The notes under the pieces are model-generated. The model was not told where the DNA came from and made no database searches. It saw only the letters and a list, made by a program, of their open reading frames with translations. Source: Prochlorococcus marinus subsp. pastoris str. CCMP1986 (GTDB lineage Bacteria; Cyanobacteriota; Cyanobacteriia; PCC-6307; Cyanobiaceae). From it: a stretch of 32,000 bases of DNA. Position numbers and translations under genes: made by a program. The stretch is taken from positions 870,001 to 902,000 of the forward strand of contig NC_005072.1 of assembly GCF_000011465.1 (NCBI RefSeq). The letters are read 5' to 3'. Shown here one piece after another: positions 19,131 to 26,952 of this stretch (position 1 is its first letter; each line of letters begins with the position of its first letter).

Positions 19131-20591
19131 TTAAAGGGGATTAGATTTACTTAAATAAAGATTTTTTTGTCTTAAAGATTGATAAGTAGTTAAAAATCTT
19201 AAAATAGTTTTGGAACAATTTAATGAGGTAAATAAACTTATAACAACACCTAGACCAAGAGTTGCAGCAAAGCCCTTTACAAAATTAGTTCCTAATAAAA
19301 ACAACACAAAACAACTTACAAAGGTTGTAATATGTCCATCGATAATAGACGAATTAGCTCTTTGAAACCCACTATCAATTGATCTTATAAGAGTATTTCC
19401 ATTTATAAGTTCCTCTCTAATTCTCTCAAAAATTAAAACATTTGCATCCACAGCCATACCAATGCTTAAAATTAATCCAGCAATTCCAGGTAAAGTTAAT
19501 GTCACTGGTATTAAAGAATAAAGAGCCAAATTAAAAAAACCATAAAAAATCAAGGAAATAACAGAAACAAAACCTAGAATTCTATAGTTAAAGATCATAA
19601 ATATTCCAACAAATATCAATCCACAAATAGCAGCATAAAGACTCTTAACAATATTTTTTGAACCAAGTAAAGGACCAATAGTATTAGTTTCAACAATTTC
19701 AATAGGTAAAGGTAAGGAACCACCCTTAAGTTGAACTTCTAATTCTCTGGCGTTTTCAGCTGTAAAATTTCCACTTATCGTTGCTGATCCCCCCGTAATA
19801 CCAGTATTTATGAATTGACTTCCAACACTAGCTTCACTAATAGATTCTCCATCAAGAACAATAGACAAAAGTTTATCTGTGCCTGCAATGGATTTTGTAA
19901 TTTCAGCAAATTTTTCACCACCATCATTACTAAAGGATAATGATACCTCCCAATTATTATTAGTTTGCTCTTGCCTTCTGCCAGCATTTATTAAATCCTT
20001 GCCTGATAAGTCAGTTTTATTGAATAGATTAGCAATTTCATTACTTATAAATTTTTTAGTTTCGACCAATCTCTCAAATAATTGCTGATTATTAGAAGAA
20101 TAATTTATATCATTTTCAATTTCAGTAAGATTGTCTATAAGAAGTAAAGACTTCTCTTCCTTTCGTTTATCACCAATTTTGAATTGTTCAATTAAATCAT
20201 TAATTTTAAATCTCTGCAATTGCAGATTTTTTAATTGAGAATTTGTATTTTCTTTTTGAGTTCTAAATTCTAATAAAGCAGTTTTACCTAATATCCTTGA
20301 TGCAGACAAAGGGTTTTGTTCACCTGGTAACTCCAAAATTAATTGATCACGTCCTAATGTTTGTAAATTAGACTCTGCTACTCCTAAATTATTCACACGT
20401 TTATCTAAAACTGCATTGACAGCATCTAATTCATCTTTTGAAACTTTCCCCTCTTCTTTAATCAATTGAAGAGTTAGTTGAGAACCTCCTTTTAAATCAA
20501 GACCTAATTGTAGTGGGAAATTAATTAATAAATAAATAGAAAAAGTCAGTAGAAAAATAATAAAAAAAAGCCAACCTTGCCTTCTTTTCAT
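19131..20591 (-). CDS. secD: Protein translocase subunit SecD
   Basis: LGLDLKGGSQLTL, a large periplasmic domain, and the C-terminal GIAGLILSIGMAVDANVLIFERIREE motif. Confidence 0.9.
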   Translation of the reverse strand: MKRRQGWLFFIIFLLTFSIYLLINFPLQLGLDLKGGSQLTLQLIKEEGKVSKDELDAVNAVLDKRVNNLGVAESNLQTLGRDQLILELPGEQNPLSASRILGKTALLEFRTQKENTNSQLKNLQLQRFKINDLIEQFKIGDKRKEEKSLLLIDNLTEIENDINYSSNNQQLFERLVETKKFISNEIANLFNKTDLSGKDLINAGRRQEQTNNNWEVSLSFSNDGGEKFAEITKSIAGTDKLLSIVLDGESISEASVGSQFINTGITGGSATISGNFTAENARELEVQLKGGSLPLPIEIVETNTIGPLLGSKNIVKSLYAAICGLIFVGIFMIFNYRILGFVSVISLIFYGFFNLALYSLIPVTLTLPGIAGLILSIGMAVDANVLIFERIREELINGNTLIRSIDSGFQRANSSIIDGHITTFVSCFVLFLLGTNFVKGFAATLGLGVVISLFTSLNCSKTILRFLTTYQSLRQKNLYLSKSNPL

Positions 20592-20594
20592 TTC

Positions 20595-21578
20595 TTAAAT
20601 ACTCCCATTGATTACTTCTTCGACTTTTTCAACTATTTGATGTGGTTGAATTATTGTTAAATTTTCTAAATTTCCATTATAAGGAGTAGGAATATCCTGA
20701 CTAGATAATCTTATAGGTCTAGTATCAAGATCATCAAAACACTCTTCGGTAATCAAAGCAATTAATTCTGCTCCAATACCTCCAGTCTTCATACACTCCT
20801 CAACAATAATTACATTATTAGTTTTTTTGATTGATTTTGAAATTGTTTTCATATCAAAAGGTTTTAAACTTATCAGATCAATTAATTCCACGTCAATATT
20901 TTTCTTATCTAATTCCTCAACAGCCTTTAAGCAATGATGTCTCATTCTTGAATAAGTTAATATAGTAATATCTTTACCCTCTTTGACTAAATCAGCTTGA
21001 TCTAAAGAACATATATAATCTCCTTCAGGCAATTCCTCAGATAAATTATATAAAAGGACATGTTCAAAAAATAGAACTGGGTTATTGTCCCTTATAGCAG
21101 CTTTCATTAATCCCTTTGCATTAGTAGGAGTGCTACAAGCAACAATCTTAATCCCAGGAACTGCGTGAAAGTATGCCTCTAATCTTTGACTATGTTCAGC
21201 GCCTAATTGTCTACCTACACCACCAGGACCACGAACAACTGCGGGTATTTTATAGTTACCGCCACTGGTATATCTGAGCATACCCATGTTGTTGGAAATT
21301 TGATTAAAGGCTAATAGTAAAAATCCCATATTCATACCTTCAACTATCGGTCTTAATCCTGTCATGGCTGCACCAACTGCCATACCAGTAAAACTATTTT
21401 CGGCAATTGGAGTATCTAAAACTCTTAATTCTCCATATTTTTCGTATAGATCCTTAGTGACCTTATAAGAACCACCATATTGACCTACATCTTCTCCCAT
21501 AATGCAAACGTTTACATCATTTGCCATCTCTTCATCAATTGCTTCTTTCAAAGCAGTAAATAATAAAGTACTAGCCAC
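20595..21578 (-). CDS. pdhB: Pyruvate dehydrogenase E1 component beta subunit
   Basis: [12 protein letters not shown]...GEDVG.YGG.YKVTK.L....G..RV.DTPIAE is the canonical E1-beta N-terminus. GTG start; the stop lies 3 nt before the secD start. Confidence 0.95.
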   Translation of the reverse strand: MASTLLFTALKEAIDEEMANDVNVCIMGEDVGQYGGSYKVTKDLYEKYGELRVLDTPIAENSFTGMAVGAAMTGLRPIVEGMNMGFLLLAFNQISNNMGMLRYTSGGNYKIPAVVRGPGGVGRQLGAEHSQRLEAYFHAVPGIKIVACSTPTNAKGLMKAAIRDNNPVLFFEHVLLYNLSEELPEGDYICSLDQADLVKEGKDITILTYSRMRHHCLKAVEELDKKNIDVELIDLISLKPFDMKTISKSIKKTNNVIIVEECMKTGGIGAELIALITEECFDDLDTRPIRLSSQDIPTPYNGNLENLTIIQPHQIVEKVEEVINGSI

Positions 21579-21736
21579 GAGTAATTTCCTAATTAATCAT
21601 ATATATAAATTTATACCATCAAGGTTGAATTAGCCTCCTTCGGCAAAAGTTATGAGTAGTAATATTGACAAAATCATTCCTGGAGAGAGCAAAAGTATTA
21701 AAAGGCCTAAGTCATGTAAAGACATTAAAAAATAAC

Positions 21737-21755
21737 AATATTATTTAATAATATT
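21737..21755. terminator. AT-only perfect inverted repeat (candidate bidirectional hairpin or terminator)
   Basis: AATATTATT-T-AATAATATT is a 9-nt perfect inverted repeat 6 nt beyond the stop of the 21762..22079 gene. T-runs follow on both strands (TTATTTTTT on the - strand, TTTTTTTT from about 21766 on the + strand). It contains only A-T pairs and would be thermodynamically weak. Confidence 0.3.
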
Positions 21756-21761
21756 AGGATT

Positions 21762-22079
21762 TCAATTTTTTTTAATCAAAAAACTTCGAATAAATACAAT
21801 AAAAAGACCTAATCCTATAAACGCAAAAGAAAAAGTTAATAAGAAGGACAATCCAATAATTAATGTATTAATACTAGAAGATATACTTTGAACAATTTCA
21901 GATGAGTTTGATGGTTTATGGAGTGAAAAGTAAATTGCAATTTTATTACTTATAAAATAAGAAGATATACAAAGGAGGAAACTTGTTAATGAGCCAGTTA
22001 AAAAACTTAGGGGACCTTTTTCAGGAGTATTTTGATTTTCAATATTGACTTTATTAATTGATGTTTGTTCATTATTCAT
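21762..22079 (-). CDS. Small two-TM membrane protein, DUF3082-like
   Basis: 105 aa with GPLSFLTGSLTSFLL...(TM)...INTLIIGLSFLLTFSFAFIGLGL (TM). This arrangement resembles the cyanobacterial DUF3082 family. Confidence 0.5.
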   Translation of the reverse strand: MNNEQTSINKVNIENQNTPEKGPLSFLTGSLTSFLLCISSYFISNKIAIYFSLHKPSNSSEIVQSISSSINTLIIGLSFLLTFSFAFIGLGLFIVFIRSFLIKKN

Positions 22080-22100
22080 TATTAATAGAAAAAATTTTTT

Positions 22101-23039
22101 TTACAATAAGGTAATACCGCTATTAATTAATTTACAGACCCACGCTTCAAATCCATTATTATTAAACATTTTATAATTTTGTTCAAAAACTTCATTAGCT
22201 ATATTTATATCTTTAAAAAGAGCAAAACATGTTGGACCAGATCCACTCATTGAGTATGATAAACAATTTTGCAAATTTGAAAGTAGATATAATGCTTTCT
22301 TTACAGAGTTATTTTCTCTCTCAACAATAACTTGTAAATCATTTTTTACATTTATCCTTTGTTCTGATAATTTGAAATCATTGAATCCGTTTACTCTTAA
22401 ATCATTTCTAATTTTGTTTGTTTTCTCAGTTTCAGTAAAATATTTTGGACAAAATTCTTGACTATATTTTTTATAAGTATCTACAGTTGAAATTGAAATA
22501 TTTGGGTTTTTTAAAAGAATTACGCCAAAGTCAAAATTAGAACTGTATTTCTCAAGAATTTCTCCCCTTCCAAAACAAAATTGGCATCCTCCTTCTATAA
22601 AAAAAGGTACATCTGAACCAAGTTTTGCCGAAAGTATAAAAATAGTTTCGTAATCAAGGTCCAAATCCCATAATTTATTAAGTCCAACTAACGTTGCAGC
22701 TGCATTACTAGAACCACCAGCTAAACCAGCACCAATAGGAATATTCTTTTTTAAAAATATATTAGCCCCTAATTCTTTATTTTTTGACATGTCCTTTATA
22801 TAATTCGCCGCTTTTATTATTAAATTATCTTCATCTAGAGATAGATCTTTGCTATTAGACTTTAACTTAATTTCGCCAATTTGATTATTCTCAAATTCTA
22901 TATAATCAGATAGATCAATGTTCTGCATTATCATCGCTAATTCATGATATCCGTCCTTTCTTTTTCCGATGATTTCAAGATGGAGGTTTATCTTTGCAGG
23001 TGATTTAACACAAATCTTAGTTGTAGATAATTTTGACAT
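22101..23039 (-). CDS. ispE: 4-diphosphocytidyl-2-C-methyl-D-erythritol kinase (MEP pathway)
   Basis: PAKINLHLEI.GKR.DGYH and the GHMP-kinase motif PIGAGLAGGSSNAAATL. Confidence 0.9.
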   Translation of the reverse strand: MSKLSTTKICVKSPAKINLHLEIIGKRKDGYHELAMIMQNIDLSDYIEFENNQIGEIKLKSNSKDLSLDEDNLIIKAANYIKDMSKNKELGANIFLKKNIPIGAGLAGGSSNAAATLVGLNKLWDLDLDYETIFILSAKLGSDVPFFIEGGCQFCFGRGEILEKYSSNFDFGVILLKNPNISISTVDTYKKYSQEFCPKYFTETEKTNKIRNDLRVNGFNDFKLSEQRINVKNDLQVIVERENNSVKKALYLLSNLQNCLSYSMSGSGPTCFALFKDINIANEVFEQNYKMFNNNGFEAWVCKLINSGITLL

Positions 23040-23040
23040 T

Positions 23041-23874
23041 TTACTGGTTCTTATTTGTTATTTTAATACAAGCCTCTGCAAGCTTAATCCATTTATTAAT
23101 TGAAATATCCTGAGGTCTTGAATTAAAGCATATTTGAGATGATTCTGATAATTTCTCTATCTCTTCAGCAGAAAGTATTGAATTAAGAGTGTTTCTTATC
23201 ATTTTTCTTCTAGAATTAAATGAAATCCTAAGAAGTTTATCTAAATATTTCTCTAGTTTAATATCTAAACGCATCTCTGGTCTCAATGGTTCAAAAACAA
23301 CCAAAGTAGAAAACACTTTTGGAGGTGGGTCAAAAGAAGATGGAGGTACATCACATATTCTTCTTATGTTAGAGATGAGTTGCATTCGCACACTCATAGC
23401 TCCTGCATTCGTATTTCCATCCTTAGCTAAGATCCTATCTACAACATCCTTTTGCATTAAGAAAATTATTTTATTGTAGTTATTCTTGCTAATTATTCCT
23501 AATCTTCCTACAAAAATATCCAATATTGGGCCTGTAATATTGTATGGGATATTTGCGATCACTTTTGTGATTTTTTTATTTATTGAGTCAAGATTTGTTG
23601 AAAGAATATCTCCTTGTTGAAGAGAAAAATTTTTATCATTTCTAAATTTATTATTTAAAAGGTCAATTAAATCTTCATCTAACTCGATAGCATGTAATCT
23701 ACTAATTTTTGAATCTAATAATTTCGATGTTAAAGCTCCTCTTCCGGGACCAATTTCTAGAATAAAATCTTTTTCTTCCAGTTCAGCTACTTCTTTGATT
23801 TTCTCTAATATCAGATTATTAACCAACCAATGTTGTCCAAATCTTTTTTTTTGATGATGGTTCTTAAAATTCAT
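23041..23874 (-). CDS. rsmA: 16S rRNA (adenine1518/1519-N6)-dimethyltransferase
   Basis: [12 protein letters not shown] motif [12 protein letters not shown] and [12 protein letters not shown] place the start at the internal ATG (23874, MNFKNHH..), because the 43-codon upstream extension of the track ORF is hydrophobic junk not seen in KsgA proteins. Confidence 0.88.
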
Positions 23875-23890
23875 CCAAAATAGAAATAAT

Positions 23891-24244
23891 ATGTTTAAAT
23901 TAAATGTACATCTTATATCTTTACTAAATAGTATGGGCTTATCAAAAAAAAATTTAGGTAAACTCAATACTTTTATTAAAAATAATAATTTAGTTAGCAA
24001 CAATAACTCAATTGAAAAACCTCAAGAATCCAACAATGCTTCCAAAGTTGAAGACCCTTCCAAAATTTTTTATTCTATAATTGATAACTCCGATAATATA
24101 AATGAGACATCAGCTGCAAATCAATTATTAAAACAAAGTGAGGACGTTTTTCATAATATAAATTCTAGAAAAACTAATACATCAGAGAATCTATCGACAG
24201 AGGAAGAACTATATGACGAATTTAATTATCTTCTTGATGAATAA
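23891..24244 (+). CDS. Hypothetical protein (Asn/Ser-rich, acidic C-terminus)
   Basis: 117-aa ORF filling the rsmA-rlmH gap with low-complexity composition. The start could be the internal Met (MGLSKKNL..). No motif recognised. Confidence 0.4.
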
Positions 24245-24264
24245 AGAAATTTTTCTTTTTTTCT

Positions 24265-24678
24265 ATGCTTCAAACTAACAGATTATCAATAAATGCTATT
24301 GGTAAAATAAAAAAAAATTGGATAAGAGAAGGAATTAATCAATACAAAAAAAGAATGCCTGATCTTATTATTAATGAATCTAAGAGTTTTAATATTGATA
24401 ATATTCGAGTTAATAATATTATTATTTGCCTTACTGAAGAAGGTCAATCCTTTAATTCAATAGAACTAACTTCCTTACTTTTAAATTTTAAAAATAAAAA
24501 AATTAATTTTCTTATTGGGGACGCAGATGGAATCCCTTCAGATATTAAAGATAAATCAAATCTTCTACTAAGCCTCTCTCCTCTTACTTTTCCTCATGAA
24601 CTTGCAAGATTAATTCTTATTGAACAAATTTACAGAGCTATTTCTATTTCTAATAATTCGCCTTATCATCGCGCCTAA
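24265..24678 (+). CDS. rlmH: 23S rRNA (pseudouridine1915-N3)-methyltransferase (SPOUT family)
   Basis: 137 aa with [10 protein letters not shown]...[22 protein letters not shown], the typical RlmH C-terminal knot. Confidence 0.85.
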   Translation: MLQTNRLSINAIGKIKKNWIREGINQYKKRMPDLIINESKSFNIDNIRVNNIIICLTEEGQSFNSIELTSLLLNFKNKKINFLIGDADGIPSDIKDKSNLLLSLSPLTFPHELARLILIEQIYRAISISNNSPYHRA

Positions 24679-24742
24679 ACAGAAGATTTAAGATTAATAC
24701 ATAAACCTCTTAAGACAACCACAATTTTAAGTTTTTAATATA

Positions 24743-24758
24743 TAGTATATATGTACTA
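24743..24758. promoter_or_regulatory. Candidate LexA (SOS) operator upstream of umuD
   Basis: TAGTATATATGTACTA is a 16-nt near-palindrome. Its core AGTAT-ATAT-GTACT matches the cyanobacterial LexA box RGTAC-N3-DGTWCB with one mismatch in one half-site. It lies 40 nt upstream of the umuD GTG, within AT-rich -10-like sequence. Confidence 0.5.
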
Positions 24759-24798
24759 TTAAAGAATTTCGTATTCTTCTGATTTAACTTTTAAAAAG

Positions 24799-25185
24799 GT
24801 GAAGATTCCATTATTAAGTGATTCGGTCTCAGCAGGTTTTCCCTCTCCTGCAGATGACTATGCTGAAGAAAATATTGATTTGAACGAGCATTTAATATCT
24901 AATCCTTTTAGTACTTTTTTTCTTAGAGTCAAAGGCGACTCAATGATCAATTCAGGAATTAAAGATAAAGATTTAATAATAGTAGATAAGAGTCTAACTG
25001 CTAAACCAGGAAATATTATTATTGCGATGATAGATGGAGAATTTACTATAAAAAGATTATCCATAAAAAATAATGAATTATATTTAAAAGCAGAAAATCA
25101 TAAATATCCAGACTTCAGTTTTAGAAATCATATTGATATACAAATTTGGGGAGTTGTAATCTATTCAATACATAGTTACTTATGA
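24799..25185 (+). CDS. umuD: UmuD-like S24 self-cleaving peptidase (DNA polymerase V accessory subunit)
   Basis: VSAGFPSPADDY (Ala-Gly cleavage site, compare E. coli VQCGFPSPAADY), catalytic Ser in GDSMINSG and catalytic Lys in GEFTIKRL. GTG start. Confidence 0.85.
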   Translation: MKIPLLSDSVSAGFPSPADDYAEENIDLNEHLISNPFSTFFLRVKGDSMINSGIKDKDLIIVDKSLTAKPGNIIIAMIDGEFTIKRLSIKNNELYLKAENHKYPDFSFRNHIDIQIWGVVIYSIHSYL

Positions 25186-26474
25186 AAAGTAAAAGCTCAA
25201 ATACTGAAGCAATAGCTCTTATAGATGCCAATAATTTCTACGCATCGTGCGAACAAAGTATCAACCCCAATTTAAGGAATAAACCAGTAGTAATATTATC
25301 TAATAACGACGGATGCATTATCGCAAGAAGCCCTGAAGCTCGTGCTTTGAAAATAAAAATGGGAATTCCTTATTTTAAAGTCAAAGAAAGTTTGAATAAC
25401 TTAGGAGTTGCAGTCCTAAGTTCCAATTATTCGCTCTATGGTGATATGAGCAAGAGATTAATGAATTTATTAAAGGACTATTCTGAAGAGATAGAGATTT
25501 ATTCTATTGATGAAGCCTTTATCTCAATTCTTAGACCTAAAGATAAGAATTTAAATCCTTGGGCAAGAAAAGTAAGGTGCTTAATATATCAAAATCTAGG
25601 AATAACATTAACAATAGGAATAGCAGAAAACAAAGTAAGAGCAAAAATTGCTAATAATCTAGCTAAGAATATAGATTCTTCCGCAGGAATATTTGATTTA
25701 GCTAGGATCTATAATGATAATGATTACTTAAGAAAAATTAGTGTAGAAAAAATATGGGGTATTGGTAAACAAACATCTAATTGGTTACAAAGCAAAGGGA
25801 TTAAAAATGCAAAAGAATTCAGAGATATGGATGAAGATGAAATAATTAAGAAATTAGGGATCATAGGGAAAAGATTACAAATGGAATTAAAAGGTAATAA
25901 ATGTCTTCCGATAGAAATAATTAAGAAGCCAAAAAAAGAGATTCAAGTAAGTAGAAGCTTTGGAAAACCAATCACAAAATTAGAAGATTTAACTCAAGCA
26001 TTAGCAATTTATGCAATAAAAGCGTCCGAGAAAATGAGAAGTCAAAGCTTAAAATCATCTGCCATTACTATATTTGTAAGAACTAGTCATTATTCAAATC
26101 ATCCTTATCACAAAAGTGCTTATAAAAAACTTATAAATGCAACAGATAATACAAGTACTATTTTAAAAACAGTACTTGCATTATCTAAAGAAATTTATAC
26201 TCCGGAATATAAATTATCAAAAGCTGGGGTTTTGATGCAGGATTTAACTAATTGCAAATATTTACAGCAATCAATTATCAATTACGAATCTCAAGAGGAA
26301 TCAAAAAAATCAATCCGTCTTATGAAAACAATTGACTCCTTGAATAAAAAATTTAATAATGAAGTAATTACATGGGCAATTACAAAAAAACCACAAGAAT
26401 GGGCAATGAATAGAAATTCATTAAGTTCTGGATCTACAACAGATATTAGAAAAATTCCAAATATAATGATATAA
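25182..26474 (+). CDS. umuC: Y-family translesion DNA polymerase UmuC (Pol V catalytic subunit)
   Basis: ALIDANNFYASCE, SNNDGCIIARS and YSIDEAF are Y-family palm motifs. There is a 4-nt ATGA overlap with umuD. Confidence 0.9.
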   Translation: MKSKSSNTEAIALIDANNFYASCEQSINPNLRNKPVVILSNNDGCIIARSPEARALKIKMGIPYFKVKESLNNLGVAVLSSNYSLYGDMSKRLMNLLKDYSEEIEIYSIDEAFISILRPKDKNLNPWARKVRCLIYQNLGITLTIGIAENKVRAKIANNLAKNIDSSAGIFDLARIYNDNDYLRKISVEKIWGIGKQTSNWLQSKGIKNAKEFRDMDEDEIIKKLGIIGKRLQMELKGNKCLPIEIIKKPKKEIQVSRSFGKPITKLEDLTQALAIYAIKASEKMRSQSLKSSAITIFVRTSHYSNHPYHKSAYKKLINATDNTSTILKTVLALSKEIYTPEYKLSKAGVLMQDLTNCKYLQQSIINYESQEESKKSIRLMKTIDSLNKKFNNEVITWAITKKPQEWAMNRNSLSSGSTTDIRKIPNIMI

Positions 26475-26483
26475 GAATGGAAT

Positions 26484-26939
26484 ATGGAATTTATATTATT
26501 TTTAAGCAAAATCGATAAAGAGATAATAGAGCTGATCAATAAGTCAAATAATTCAATAGAAGAAAATACAGCTCTTTGTACTATTGATAAAAAATTTGTT
26601 GGTTTTTACAAAAGAAGAGAAAAAGTGATAGTTATTTGCACCGAAAATGCTAAAAAATTAGGAGGATATAAAGAAGGCGAACGTCATGATAATCACAAAA
26701 CAAATCTTTATATAAGAAGAGCTTTAAGGCATGAGACGACACATCTAGTCCAGTCATGCAATAACAATAAACCTACAGGGATAATAAAAAATATAGAAGA
26801 TAAAATTCATTCAGGAAAATTAAAAGCTTTAAATTCCTCAGTACAATTATCTGGAAATTATTCTAAAGAGTTAGAGGCTTATGTTATGGAAGACAAGCCA
26901 AGAAAAGTAAAAGAGATAATGAAAAGTTATTGTTTATAA
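26484..26939 (+). CDS. Uncharacterised small HExxH (zincin-like) protein; putative metallopeptidase, family unresolved
   Basis: 151-aa ORF starting 9 nt after the umuC stop on the same strand. It contains LRHETTHLVQSC (H83-E84-x-x-H87), preceded by VGFYKRREKVIVICTEN. No signal peptide or TM is evident. Confidence 0.6.
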   Translation: MEFILFLSKIDKEIIELINKSNNSIEENTALCTIDKKFVGFYKRREKVIVICTENAKKLGGYKEGERHDNHKTNLYIRRALRHETTHLVQSCNNNKPTGIIKNIEDKIHSGKLKALNSSVQLSGNYSKELEAYVMEDKPRKVKEIMKSYCL

Positions 26940-26952
26940 ATTCTTAAAAAAT

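Noticed and set aside
21652-21735. A 27-codon ORF (MSSNIDKIIPGESKSIKRPKSCKDIKK) on the + strand in the 183-nt spacer upstream of pdhB.
   Set aside because: It has no Shine-Dalgarno-like sequence and is short, Lys-rich and unremarkable. It lies on the strand opposite a run of six - strand genes, and the spacer is more simply the pdhB promoter and leader. I cannot exclude a small RNA or peptide without expression data.
23875-24003. The 43-codon N-terminal extension of the rsmA ORF (track start at 24003).
   Set aside because: The extension ([20 protein letters not shown]...) is hydrophobic and unlike any KsgA/RsmA N-terminus. The conserved FGQHWL motif sits at the normal distance from the internal ATG at 23874. 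The extension would also overlap the divergent 23891..24244 ORF.
24244-24262. AAGAA-ATTT-TTCTT followed by TTTTT, considered as a terminator after the 23891..24244 ORF.
   Set aside because: The stem is only 5 bp and AT-rich. rlmH starts 3 nt after the T-tract, so read-through is more likely than termination.
26154-26176. AGTACT-N11-AGTACT inside umuC, considered as a second LexA box.
   Set aside because: The spacing does not fit the 14-bp cyanobacterial LexA box, and the site is deep inside a coding region. It is probably chance in AT-rich sequence.
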